DNA of 64,000 bases, from assembly GCA_963761335.1 (NCBI GenBank), contig CAVXGR010000011.1, forward strand, positions 1 to 64,000, in the 5' to 3' direction. The first letter of the stretch is position 1, and every line of letters begins with the position of its first letter. This stretch comes from an uncultured delta proteobacterium. GTDB lineage: Bacteria > Desulfobacterota > Binatia > HRBIN30 > BPIQ01. Below, piece by piece: positions 28,321-37,541 of this stretch. The position numbers and the translations under genes were made by a program. The notes below the pieces were generated by a model, which saw only the letters and a list, made by a program, of their open reading frames with translations, had not been told where the DNA came from and made no database searches.

Positions 28321-29845
28321 ACTCGTGCCGCCACGCCGCGAGCCCGGCGAGGCAGCCGTCGTTCGGCCGGTGTAGGGGATCGTCGACGAAGGAGGACAGC
28401 AGCTGCATGGCGCAGCGCGGGCGGGTCGTCTCCGGCGACTGCGCCGCGAGCACGCCGTGGCCGATGCCGCGGAGCTCGAAGAAGTAGCTGCGTGACAGCG
28501 TCCGCGCCGCCAGCTCGCCGTAGGCCGGCGGCGTGATCGGGTCGAGCTCGCCGACCAGAACCAACACCGGGACGTCACTCGCCAGCGGCTGGTGTTCGGC
28601 GGCGGGCAGCGGTGGGGAGCCCCAGAAGCGGCAGACCTCGCGGGTGAGATCCGTCATGTAGGCCAGGCCCATGGCGGCGATCTCCGGCCGAACCCCCCGC
28701 AACGCGTCGGCCACGGCCGCATCGGTGTCGAAGAAGGCAGCTTCTTCGCCGCACTCGACGGAGTAGTACATCCCCCAGGCGAGCGCGGGCAGCGCCGTGA
28801 GACCGCCGGCTGCGGCGGAGAGCTGCGACAGGTCGCCGTGTCCCGCGGCGGAGATCGCGGCGGGCAAGAGCGGGATCAGATCGGCGCGATACATCGCCTG
28901 CTGGAAGCCGAGCAGCATGCGCTCCCCCGTGACCGCAACCGTCACTCTCTTCCCGGTGAGCGGGTCGAGCGGCCGAATGACTGCCGGCGCCTCGTCCAGC
29001 TGGTGGACGGCGGCGAAGAGGCCCGATTCCAGGTCCGGGAATGCCGTGCTGCAGTCTGCATCGGCGGCGCAATCGGCGAACAGGGTCTGCAGCGCCCGCT
29101 GGAAATCGGCGGCAAAGTCGACCGGGAAGCTCACCTGCAACGGCAGCGTCGAGTCGAGGACGACGCTGCGAACCGGCGCGCCCGTGTCGCGCAGGGCGGT
29201 CAGTGCCAGGCGTGTCCCGTACGATACGCCGTAGACGTTCCAGCTGCGGTAGCCGAGCGCCGTCATCAGATCGCGAAGATCGGCGGCGCTCGCAGCGCTG
29301 GTGTAGGCGGCGAGATCGATCCCCTGCTCGACGAGCTGCTCGCGGCAGGCGCGCATGGCCTCGATGACGGTGGCCTCGTCCTCCGCAGCCGTCTGCGGTC
29401 GCGCCAGGGCGGCGGTGAAGACGTCGTGGAAGTCGGGGCAGCGGAGCGCCGGCTGCGAATGCCCCGCGCCGCGCTGATCGAAGAAGACGATGTCGCGTCG
29501 CTTCTGCAGCGGCGCGGCGAACTCGGCGGTGAAGAGCTGCATGTCGTTGTCGAGCACGGCATCCCCCGGTCCCCCTCCGAGGTAGACGATCGGGTCGGCG
29601 GCGTGATGTTCCCCCGTCGCCCGGAGCACGACGACAGCGAGCTGAATCTTCCGGCCCGGCCGGCGCCGGTCTTCGGGAACCGCGACGACGCCGCAGCGGA
29701 CGTTGCCGGCGCTCTGCCCGTACGGCAGCGGCGCGACACAAGCGGTCTCCTCAAATCGAGCCGTACCACTCCGCTGCAAGTCCCGGCCGCACCCGGCCAG
29801 CAGGGCGGCGAGGAGGAGAACCGAGAATCGCCGCAGATCATTCAT
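28319..29845 (-). CDS. Alpha/beta hydrolase, TAP-like peptidase, lipoprotein
   Basis: LAGC lipobox; GGPG, DQRGAG, GVSYG nucleophile, LDS, DPITP, GHG. Confidence 0.85.
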   Translation of the reverse strand: MNDLRRFSVLLLAALLAGCGRDLQRSGTARFEETACVAPLPYGQSAGNVRCGVVAVPEDRRRPGRKIQLAVVVLRATGEHHAADPIVYLGGGPGDAVLDNDMQLFTAEFAAPLQKRRDIVFFDQRGAGHSQPALRCPDFHDVFTAALARPQTAAEDEATVIEAMRACREQLVEQGIDLAAYTSAASAADLRDLMTALGYRSWNVYGVSYGTRLALTALRDTGAPVRSVVLDSTLPLQVSFPVDFAADFQRALQTLFADCAADADCSTAFPDLESGLFAAVHQLDEAPAVIRPLDPLTGKRVTVAVTGERMLLGFQQAMYRADLIPLLPAAISAAGHGDLSQLSAAAGGLTALPALAWGMYYSVECGEEAAFFDTDAAVADALRGVRPEIAAMGLAYMTDLTREVCRFWGSPPLPAAEHQPLASDVPVLVLVGELDPITPPAYGELAARTLSRSYFFELRGIGHGVLAAQSPETTRPRCAMQLLSSFVDDPLHRPNDGCLAGLAAWRHE

Positions 29846-29864
29846 GTGGCCGACGCTCGGCGAA

Positions 29865-30028
29865 GCACAAGGGCGAGATTGTCGAGGACGAGCGCCCGTC
29901 GAGACAGTGCCAAGGCGCGAACGGCCCAAAGGGTCAGCTTGAGAAGGAGAAGCATTCCGGCAGGATGCGAACCCACGTCCGCGATGGCAAGCGCAGAAAG
30001 AGCGGCGGACGGAGTTTGGCGAGGCACC
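29865..30028 (-). mobile_element. IS481-like family A left end with first ~28 transposase codons
   Basis: GGTGCCTCGCCAAACTCCGTCCGC...ATG MLLLLKLTLWAVRALALSRRALVLDNLAL; matches 8902, 42005 and 16697-16760. Confidence 0.75.
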
Positions 30029-30057
30029 GGCAGATTGAGAAGGAGAGAAGTTTTCGT

Positions 30058-30813
30058 TCAAAGTTCGCCAAAGAGCGCATCAATTAGGAGCTGGATGTCA
30101 CTGTTGTCGACGCGCGTGTCGCCGTTGACGTCATCGAGGCCGCAGGCGGCGCGCTCGCCGGTGATGACATTGCGGATGAGGGTCGGCATGTCGGCAGCGC
30201 TGAGGCGTCCATCGCAGTTTGCATCGCCACGTGTGCCGGCCAGGATGGGCGTCGGGCTCGGTGTCGGTGTGGGGGTAGGTGGGACTGTGGCCGATGGGCT
30301 TGCAGACGGCGCCGCCGTCACGGTAGCGGTCGGGGTGTTGCCGGCGACGGTGGTCGGTGTGCGCGTCGCGGTCGGAACCGGAGAGCGGGTTGGAGATGGC
30401 GAGACGGCGACGGCCGCAGTCGGTGTGTTACCGACGACGAGAGTCGGGGTCGGCGTTGCCGGCAGTTTGGTCGCCGTCGTGCTCGGCACAGCGGTGCCGG
30501 TTGCTGTTGGTATTGCGCTGAGCGTCGGAAGCGTTGTACGGGTGACCGTTGCCGTCGGCGACATCGCTTCCAGGGGCTTCCAGAAGCCGCCGTTCACCAC
30601 GACACTCCCGCCGGCGACACGACCGGCATCGGCTTGACCAATCGTGCCGCCCAACGCATAGATCCCGCCCGTGGCGCTCGTACTGCCGCCGCCGTCGATC
30701 GTGCTCCCGCGCAGGTCGTAGGGACCACCGGATTGCGCGAACGACGTGGTCGCATGTGCGGCCACCATCGAGAGCACCACCAAGAGACCGCCGGCGAGGC
30801 CTGACGGTGTCAT
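30058..30813 (-). CDS. Secreted partner B: TIDGG..GFW domain, Pro/Thr linker, dockerin-like C-terminus
   Basis: SFA-QSGGPYDLRGSTIDGGG..GTIGQADAG..GGFW; PT linker; GDANCDGRLSAADM..ERAACGLDDVNGDTRVDNSDI; paralog of 14252-14938. Confidence 0.8.
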   Translation of the reverse strand: MTPSGLAGGLLVVLSMVAAHATTSFAQSGGPYDLRGSTIDGGGSTSATGGIYALGGTIGQADAGRVAGGSVVVNGGFWKPLEAMSPTATVTRTTLPTLSAIPTATGTAVPSTTATKLPATPTPTLVVGNTPTAAVAVSPSPTRSPVPTATRTPTTVAGNTPTATVTAAPSASPSATVPPTPTPTPSPTPILAGTRGDANCDGRLSAADMPTLIRNVITGERAACGLDDVNGDTRVDNSDIQLLIDALFGEL

Positions 30814-30826
30814 GACCGTCACGATG

Positions 30827-32359
30827 CTAATCGCTTCGCCTGGCGGAGTGGTTGAGCCGTTGCTGTCTTCCCACACCCCGCTCGACGGCTCGCAGGCGCG
30901 CATTCAGGGCAGCGTTCGCCACCTGCAGAGCCTCGATCTGATTCTGCTGCTGCTTGATGGCGTTGATGAGTATGACGTTCAAGTGATCATACTTGACGCC
31001 TTCGACCTCGCCGTCGTCGTTATGCGTGACCAACAGGGGCTCGATTCTGGCGACCTCTTCCGCCCCGAGGCCGAGGTCGCGCCTGCCGGTCGCCTTCCAG
31101 GCGAAGCTGATCGGACGCAAGCGACGAATGAGCTCCAGACCGGCTCCGTACGGCGCTATGTGTTCTTTGTAGCGCCGGCTGGAAGAGCACGTGGCCAGCG
31201 TATGGACCGCACTGTTGCGGCAGAGGGCTTCGTCGCCACCACCCGCAAGTTGATCGAGGCGGAGCAGACCGCCGACGATATCGAGCTTCGTATTGACGAA
31301 CGGGGCGGTCGTGCCAATGCCGACGGTGCCGGCGACCAGCAGGTTGCCTCTGTCATCCAATGCTGCGAGCGGCGCCGTCGTGCCAATGCCGACTGCGCCT
31401 GTCGCGCTGATGGCCAATCGGGCGGTGGAGGTATGTGCTGCTCCGGCAGCAACGTTGGAGCTGGTGTAGTAGATCAGACTGCCGTTCCCGTCTTGAAACT
31501 GAAGGACGCCTCCATATCCGGCGACTCCCGCTTTGTACGAAGTGCCGTAGCTGTTAAACGCCAGCGTCGGGTAGGGGCCGGGCGAGCCGCCATCGACCAG
31601 GTAGCCATAAACACCCCCCGGCGCGCCCAGGGAAGTAACCCCGTTCACCTCAAGAGTCTGTGCGGGTGTGGTTGTGCCGATGCCGACATTCCCGGTGATC
31701 ACCGTGTTTCCTGCCACGGACAACCTCGCGTTCAGTGCGCTTGTGCCAATGCTGACATTCCCGAGGCTGAGGAAAAGATTCCCACCAAGTACGCCATTGC
31801 CTGAGATGTTGAAGTTCGCGTTCGCCTGTACCGCAGTGGTGTTTTGAACATAGTTGCCGCTCCCGATGGGCAGGCTGGCCGCCGGTACACTGCCGCTCAC
31901 TTTACTCCCGGAAACGGATTGAATCTGTCCGTCGGTCACGCAGCCTACGCATGCGCTCGACAGCGTATCGGCCGTCGCGGCGCTGAGCGTGCGGATGGCG
32001 TATGGCGTCGAGCTGATCTGCTGCCGCGGCGCCAGCGTGGTGTAACTGCCCCCACCCGCCGGCCGCACGCCAATCTCCAGGAAGCGGTTGGCGCCAGGAA
32101 AGGCGCTGCCGCCGAAATCGAGCTGGACGGTAAAGACGCCGCCGCTGACCGGCACCGTCGACACCGTCTGCATGGTGCCAATCTGCGTGCCGCCGCTGGC
32201 GCCACCGAACAGCGCGAACCGCAAGTCCCAATTCCCATCCGCCGGCTGGCCGGCGTCGGTCAGTTGCCCCTGGTAGGTGAAGGCGGTGGTTTGTTGAGCG
32301 AGCGCCGCGCCAGCGCCCAGCCACACGCACAGAAGTATACTCAAGGCATACCTTGCCAT
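30827..32359 (-). CDS. Secreted tail-fibre-like protein B with C-terminal peptidase S74 (intramolecular chaperone) domain
   Basis: Signal peptide; TAFTYQGQL base; several VGIGT repeats; SSRRYKE..LRPISFAWK..GLGAEEV..P.LV..VKY..AIKQQQ coiled coil. Confidence 0.82.
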   Translation of the reverse strand: MARYALSILLCVWLGAGAALAQQTTAFTYQGQLTDAGQPADGNWDLRFALFGGASGGTQIGTMQTVSTVPVSGGVFTVQLDFGGSAFPGANRFLEIGVRPAGGGSYTTLAPRQQISSTPYAIRTLSAATADTLSSACVGCVTDGQIQSVSGSKVSGSVPAASLPIGSGNYVQNTTAVQANANFNISGNGVLGGNLFLSLGNVSIGTSALNARLSVAGNTVITGNVGIGTTTPAQTLEVNGVTSLGAPGGVYGYLVDGGSPGPYPTLAFNSYGTSYKAGVAGYGGVLQFQDGNGSLIYYTSSNVAAGAAHTSTARLAISATGAVGIGTTAPLAALDDRGNLLVAGTVGIGTTAPFVNTKLDIVGGLLRLDQLAGGGDEALCRNSAVHTLATCSSSRRYKEHIAPYGAGLELIRRLRPISFAWKATGRRDLGLGAEEVARIEPLLVTHNDDGEVEGVKYDHLNVILINAIKQQQNQIEALQVANAALNARLRAVERGVGRQQRLNHSARRSD

Positions 32360-32453
32360 AGACCGCCTCTTTTCCTTTCCGAATACGCTGTGAGCTATCA
32401 TGTTTGTGGATTAATCGGAAAGATCCATCATGAGTATCGGCGCCGCGTAGGGC

Positions 32454-32476
32454 GGATCCGCGAAGTAGCCAGTACA
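32454..32476 (-). mobile_element. Isolated IS481-like family B terminal repeat
   Basis: TGTACTGGCTACTTCGCGGATCC matches the ends at 15253 and 10484; TGT terminus. Confidence 0.5.
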
Positions 32477-32506
32477 GGCCGCCATCGAGTCCGAGACGCC
32501 TGCGCC

Positions 32507-34162
32507 TCAGGCTGCCGTGGGTATCGTGTCGCTCTCCTCGCCTCGGACATTTCCCGCGCTCCTTCGAGGGACGGGTGCCGACGCGATCTTCGCCATCAGA
32601 TTCTTGCCGAGAATCGCAGAGGCGCTGGTGACGCCCCCCATGAGTGCCCCGGCGATTCCGCAGCTGGAGATATCCTGCCCGGTCAGGTACAGACCCGGAA
32701 CGCGCGTGCGCGGCCGCAGCCAGCGCTGCCCGAAGCGCTGCGGTGTGTGGTCGAGGCCGTAGATCTCCCCCGCGGCATAATTGCAGAAGTGACGCGTGGT
32801 GAGCGGCGTCGACAGCTCGAAGGTGTCGATCTGGCCCTCCGCCTGCGGCACGTGAGCGTAGAGATGCTCCAGGAGCCGTTGCGTCAGGCGCCGCTTCAAC
32901 GCCTCGTACTCGGCGCCCCGCTTCTTCCACGCCGTGCCCTCCCAGCTGGCGAAGCGCTCGTAGGGCATGGCGGTGATGATGTCGATCGTCGCGTGCCCGG
33001 GATGGCGGCGTTCGAAGTCCGGATCCTTCGCCGAAGGGAAAGAGATGTAGACGAACGGCAGATCGTCGCTGCCGCCGCGGCTAGCGGAGAACGTCCGGTC
33101 GTGGTTTTCGTCCGGATAGATCCACAGGTTCGCGCGCGGCAGCTGGAGCACCTTCGCGGTTTTCTTCAGTCCCACGTAGAGGCACGCGTGCGCCATCGAG
33201 GGCGAGACGGTGCGCACCGCTCCCGTCAAGCCGAAGCCGTCGCGTACCTCCTGTGACAGCAAGCGCCCGAACGTGTTCATGGCACCGGCGTCGCTGACGA
33301 TGACCGGGGCGCGGATGATGGCGCCGTCGGCCGCCATGCGAGCTCCGGTAGCGCGGCCATTCTCGACCACGATCTCCGCCACTTCGGCGTTGATCAGCGC
33401 CTTACCTCCGGCGGCGGCGATGATCGGAACGATCGTCTCCGCGATGCGGCCGGCGCCTCCGACCGGATAGAAGCCGCCTTCGAGATAATGGTTCGCCACC
33501 AGCGCGTGAATGGCGAAGCTGCTCTCCCCCGGCGGCAGGCCGTAGTCGCCGCACTGCGCGGTGAGCACTCCGATGAGTCGCTGGTCGCGAGTCAGTGATT
33601 CGAGGACCTCCCGTGTGGTGCGGCGCGCGTAGCGCAGGAACCGCCAGCGCAGCAGGGGTCCGGCAATTGCGGCGAGGGGCGCCGGTATGGCCTTCTCCAT
33701 GAAGAAGGAAGGCGTGCTCGCGACGACGCGCCCGACGAGGTCGAAGTAGCTGTCGATGGCTTTTGCTTCCGAGGGGAACCGTTCCTGCAGAGAGCGCCGG
33801 AAGCGGTCCGCGCCCTTGATGAAGTCGTACTGCTCTTCCCCCAGGATGACGCGGTCGTAGACCTCGCCCATGTCGGCCCATTCCAGGCGACCGTCCGTGA
33901 TCTGGTCGAAGACGCGGCGCAGCATTCGACCCGGCTGCACCTCGCCGATGTAATGAACGCCAACGTCCCATTCGTATCCGGGTCGATGGAAGACATGAGT
34001 GTAGCCGCCGAGCGTGTAGTGGCGTTCCAGAACCAGAGTCCGCTTCCGCCCGTACTTGGCGAGAAGCGCCGCGGCGCCCAGGCCGCCAATCCCGGAGCCG
34101 ACGACGATGGCGTCGTAGGACTCTTCCCGAGAAGCTCGAATGTACGGCTCTGCGATCTTCAT
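32507..34162 (-). CDS. Phytoene desaturase / all-trans-retinol 13,14-reductase-like FAD oxidoreductase
   Basis: VGSGIGGL, LERHY..GG.TH.F, WDVGVHYIG, SFPSAKDP, STPLT, GEIYGLDH, LYLTGQD. Confidence 0.85.
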   Translation of the reverse strand: MKIAEPYIRASREESYDAIVVGSGIGGLGAAALLAKYGRKRTLVLERHYTLGGYTHVFHRPGYEWDVGVHYIGEVQPGRMLRRVFDQITDGRLEWADMGEVYDRVILGEEQYDFIKGADRFRRSLQERFPSEAKAIDSYFDLVGRVVASTPSFFMEKAIPAPLAAIAGPLLRWRFLRYARRTTREVLESLTRDQRLIGVLTAQCGDYGLPPGESSFAIHALVANHYLEGGFYPVGGAGRIAETIVPIIAAAGGKALINAEVAEIVVENGRATGARMAADGAIIRAPVIVSDAGAMNTFGRLLSQEVRDGFGLTGAVRTVSPSMAHACLYVGLKKTAKVLQLPRANLWIYPDENHDRTFSASRGGSDDLPFVYISFPSAKDPDFERRHPGHATIDIITAMPYERFASWEGTAWKKRGAEYEALKRRLTQRLLEHLYAHVPQAEGQIDTFELSTPLTTRHFCNYAAGEIYGLDHTPQRFGQRWLRPRTRVPGLYLTGQDISSCGIAGALMGGVTSASAILGKNLMAKIASAPVPRRSAGNVRGEESDTIPTAA

Positions 34163-34184
34163 CTTCCGTCCCTCTTTCTCTCGA

Positions 34185-34203
34185 CAGTGTACGACGTATA
34201 CTG
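34185..34203. promoter_or_regulatory. Putative TetR operator (near-palindrome) upstream of the oxidoreductase
   Basis: CAGTGTACGACGTATACTG; core matches 34857-34873 at 13/15 positions. Confidence 0.6.
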
Positions 34204-34234
34204 CACGGCCAGAAAGATTTCGCCTAGCGATCGC

Positions 34235-34852
34235 CTAGCGACGTCCGCCCGCTTTCTTCGCCACCGCCGGCTCCATCGGCCAGCCGAGCCCTGCCACGAG
34301 ATCCGTCACCGAGGCGGCATACAGCTCGCGGAACTCGGCCTCGCCGACTTGCAGCTTGTTGGCCAGGAAGAGAGAGACCAGACCGTGTACGTGCGCCCAG
34401 ACGGACAGAGCCGTGCGCTCCGGATCCTCCGTGCGCAAAAGACCCGCGTCGGCACACTCGCGAATTCGATCGACCAGAAATCGAAAGGTCGCCGCGTCAT
34501 GCCAAAAGAGCTCGGATGCGCCTGACGGGCGCGGCTCCGTAGCCATCATGAACATCACCCGATAATCCTGCCGGTGCTCGAGGGCGAAGTTGAGATACTC
34601 CGCGCCGGAGCGCGCCAGCCGCGCCGCCGGCGACGATTCGCCGAGGGCGCATTGGAGGTACTGCAAGAAGACCCGATGCCCCTCGACCACCAGGGCCTCG
34701 AGCAAGGCCTCCTTCTTGGGGAAGTGGCGGTACAGGGCCATCGCCGTCAAGTCGACCCGCGCCGCCACGGCGCGCATACTGACCCCTTCCCTTCCCGCTT
34801 CGAGAAAGAGCTTCCGCGCCGCCGTGAGGATCCGCTCTCTCGTACCCGTCAT
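34235..34852 (-). CDS. TetR/AcrR family transcriptional regulator
   Basis: TRERILTAARKLF..GVSMRAVAARVDLTAMALYRHFPKKEALL; WAHVHGLVSL (WHG-type C-terminus). Confidence 0.9.
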   Translation of the reverse strand: MTGTRERILTAARKLFLEAGREGVSMRAVAARVDLTAMALYRHFPKKEALLEALVVEGHRVFLQYLQCALGESSPAARLARSGAEYLNFALEHRQDYRVMFMMATEPRPSGASELFWHDAATFRFLVDRIRECADAGLLRTEDPERTALSVWAHVHGLVSLFLANKLQVGEAEFRELYAASVTDLVAGLGWPMEPAVAKKAGGRR

Positions 34853-34856
34853 GTCA

Positions 34857-34873
34857 TGTATACGCCGTATACA
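34857..34873. promoter_or_regulatory. Putative TetR autoregulatory operator
   Basis: Palindrome TGTATAC-GCC-GTATACA, 4 nt upstream of the tetR ATG. Confidence 0.65.
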
Positions 34874-35326
34874 ACGCTGAGCGCGGGCAGTCAATCCTGG
34901 CTGAGCAGCTTGATGAGACGCCATCGCTTTCGCCTCCCAGGCGAAAGTGCTCGTCACTGCCCTCGTCCCCGAAGCGGCCTTGGCGAACCGCGGCGGCCTG
35001 GGTTCTCGCCGGCGCCGGCGAGCGGCAGGTCTGACGCCCCTGACGAATGTCACCTCCGCTGATGACGGTTGACAGGTGTCCTTGATTTGCGGTCGGTAAG
35101 TCGTCTATCACTGCCCGTGGGGGAACTTGGCAGGAACGCCGAGATCCAGGGGGGAGAAATGGCACGAAGCCCATCGCTGTGCTGACTGGTTCTGGTCTTC
35201 GCCGGGTGCGTCGCAGCCGGCGTCTGACCTGAAGCGACGGGTGAGTTCGTTCAAGCAGCGATCCGCGGACCTGGTGAGCGTCCGCCGCTCCAACATCCGG
35301 CCCAGAGAGGTCGGGGAGGTTTCGTC

Positions 35327-37291
35327 ATGACCAGAAAGACTGATCACAGACCACTCGCTGTCGCGCCAAGGGCAGGCAGGCGCTGGCTGCGCGGCATCTC
35401 CGCGGCCGCCGCCGCCGGACTGATCGTGCTCGGCACCGGTCTGGCGGCTCACGCCGATACGCTGTGGGTCGACGCCGCTGCGGCCTCCGCGGCCCCCGGG
35501 TCGGGCTGCGGCACAGCGGCTGCCTACGCGACGATCAACGCCGCGATCGCGGCCAGTCCCGGGGGGGACACCATTCAGGTCTGTCCGGGCACCTACGTCG
35601 AGAACGTGATCGTGAACAAGCCGGACCTCACGCTGCTGGGCGCGAAGGCCGGCATCCCCGCGGGGCCTGATGCGGTCCCCGCGGGCCGGGGCACCGGTGA
35701 ATCGGTGATCCAGCCGGCATCGGGCATTGGGATCTCGTGCCCACCCCAGGCCGGGTCGAGCTGCATCATCGACGGCTTTACGATCCAGACCACCGGAAAC
35801 GTCAAGGGGATCAACGCCAATCCGAACGCCGCCCCGGTCCTCTACAGGTGGAACAACAACATGATCTACGGCGACCGCAACAACTGCGGCGGCTCCGTCA
35901 GCGGCATGCAGAGCTCCCAGTTTCCCAACGGGGAGGCGCTGAACAACCACATCGAAGGCTTCGGGTGGGGAATCAACATCCAAGCCGGTGGCGGGACGGA
36001 TCCGGGTACCATCCAAGGGAACTACTTCACTGGGCAGGACTGCAACGGCGCCATCATCCTGGGCAACGGGAACGCGCCGGGCTTCGTCATCAGCGACAAC
36101 GTCGTCGAGAGCGAGGCGGGGTCGATGGTTCTTGGCTCCCAAGACCTCCAGATCACCCACAACACGTTCCAGAACAACATGTACTCGCAGATCTATCTCC
36201 ACACGGGCGCCACCGGCGCCATGATCACGGACAACGACCTGCTGAACACCGGGAACGGCTTCGTCCAGACGACCGCCTTCGGCGCCTGGGTCGCAGGCGC
36301 GACGAACGAGCTCCACTACAACAACCTGGTCAACTCCGCGACCTACGGTGCCTACAACAACGTGACGCCTGGAGTGCAGGACGTCGATGCGACCTGCAAC
36401 TGGTGGGGCTCGCCGGCCGGTCCCAACACCACGGGCAGCGGTTCGGATCGGGTGACCGCAGGCGTCGACTACCTTCCGTGGCTCATCGCTCCGGCTCCGG
36501 GCGGTGCCTGCACCGGCGGAACGCTGGCGCCGACCGCGGTGGCAACGGCGATGCCCGACAACGGCGATGCGCCGCTCGCGGTCAGCTTCGACGGTTCGGG
36601 ATCCTCGGATGTGGACGGCACGATCGTGTCCTACGATTGGGACTTCGGTGACCCGGCCTCCGGCGCTGCCAACACCGCCACGGGGGTCACGGCCTCGCAC
36701 ACCTATACGACGGGGGGCACGTACACCGCGACGCTGACCGTCACCGACAATACCAGCCTGACCGGCACGGACCAGGTGACCATCACCGCGTTCTCGGATA
36801 CGGAGATGGTGGTGAGCGTGGCCAGGCTGCAGTACGACAACTCGACGACGCGGGACCGCGGGGTGGTGAAGCTGAAGGCGTTGCTGAACGACAACGACAC
36901 AGCGGGGGATCTGCGCCAGAGCCTTCTGAACGACACGGTGACGGTGCACGTGCAGGATGCGGTGGCGGCGGCGGGGGGACCGGGAGGGTTCGATGTGACG
37001 CTGAACCTGACGGGTTGCCTGGCGAAGGGTCGGACGGGTGCGCGGATTGTGTGCAAGAGCAACGATGGGAACACACGAGCGGCGTTCCGGCCGACCAGGC
37101 AGGGACCGTACATCTACAACGCGAGGATGGTGCGGAAGAACATCGGGGACGCGGAGACGGGCGTGCAGCAGCCGACGGGGCCGGTGCAGGTGACGCTGGA
37201 GCAGGAGGCGATCTCGCGCCGCGACATCATCGGTGACCTCGAGGCGTGTCGCCAGCAGGCCCACACACGGCTGACCTGCATCGAACGCTAG
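35327..37291 (+). CDS. Secreted right-handed beta-helix (pectin lyase/NosD-like) protein with PKD domain and Cys-containing C-terminal domain
   Basis: GGAGG RBS; RR-containing signal; YATINAAI..GDTIQVCPGTYVE; Asn-rich repeats; DATCNWWG; PKD FDGSGSSD..YDWDFGD..HTY..GTYTATLTVTD. Confidence 0.82.
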   Translation: MTRKTDHRPLAVAPRAGRRWLRGISAAAAAGLIVLGTGLAAHADTLWVDAAAASAAPGSGCGTAAAYATINAAIAASPGGDTIQVCPGTYVENVIVNKPDLTLLGAKAGIPAGPDAVPAGRGTGESVIQPASGIGISCPPQAGSSCIIDGFTIQTTGNVKGINANPNAAPVLYRWNNNMIYGDRNNCGGSVSGMQSSQFPNGEALNNHIEGFGWGINIQAGGGTDPGTIQGNYFTGQDCNGAIILGNGNAPGFVISDNVVESEAGSMVLGSQDLQITHNTFQNNMYSQIYLHTGATGAMITDNDLLNTGNGFVQTTAFGAWVAGATNELHYNNLVNSATYGAYNNVTPGVQDVDATCNWWGSPAGPNTTGSGSDRVTAGVDYLPWLIAPAPGGACTGGTLAPTAVATAMPDNGDAPLAVSFDGSGSSDVDGTIVSYDWDFGDPASGAANTATGVTASHTYTTGGTYTATLTVTDNTSLTGTDQVTITAFSDTEMVVSVARLQYDNSTTRDRGVVKLKALLNDNDTAGDLRQSLLNDTVTVHVQDAVAAAGGPGGFDVTLNLTGCLAKGRTGARIVCKSNDGNTRAAFRPTRQGPYIYNARMVRKNIGDAETGVQQPTGPVQVTLEQEAISRRDIIGDLEACRQQAHTRLTCIER

Positions 37292-37301
37292 GATCGAGAC
37301 A

Positions 37302-37339
37302 TCTCCCGCGGGCCCGAGCGCCCGCGGGAGAATGTTTTT
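37302..37339 (+). terminator. Rho-independent terminator
   Basis: 12-bp stem TCTCCCGCGGGC / GCCCGCGGGAGA followed by ATGTTTTT, just after the stop at 37291. Confidence 0.65.
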
Positions 37340-37344
37340 CCGCC

Positions 37345-37450
37345 GCAGGGCGGGGGTGCTGGCCGTCGTGCCCCTCGTTGGCGGCCTCCACCATCGCTAC
37401 GAGCGACGAGTGGCCGCATGAACCGCCGCGAATGTTCTTGGGAGGGACCG
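37345..37450 (+). mobile_element. IS481-like transposase C-terminal tail and degenerate right end
   Basis: VGGLHHRYERRVAA* is the same motif as GGLRHRYEW at 17030, followed by GCGAATGTTCTTGGGAGGGAC. Confidence 0.55.
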
Positions 37451-37541
37451 CCATTCGCTTGTCGGCTTGCCGGTTGTCGACTTGCGACCCGACAGCCTGG
37501 CTGCCTGTCGCCCTCTCCCGTTTCGTGCTACGCGCGCTGTC

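Noticed and set aside
30827..32359. Prophage or tailocin, suggested by the S74 tail-fibre domain
   Set aside because: The protein has a signal peptide and there are no phage structural, lysis or integrase genes nearby.
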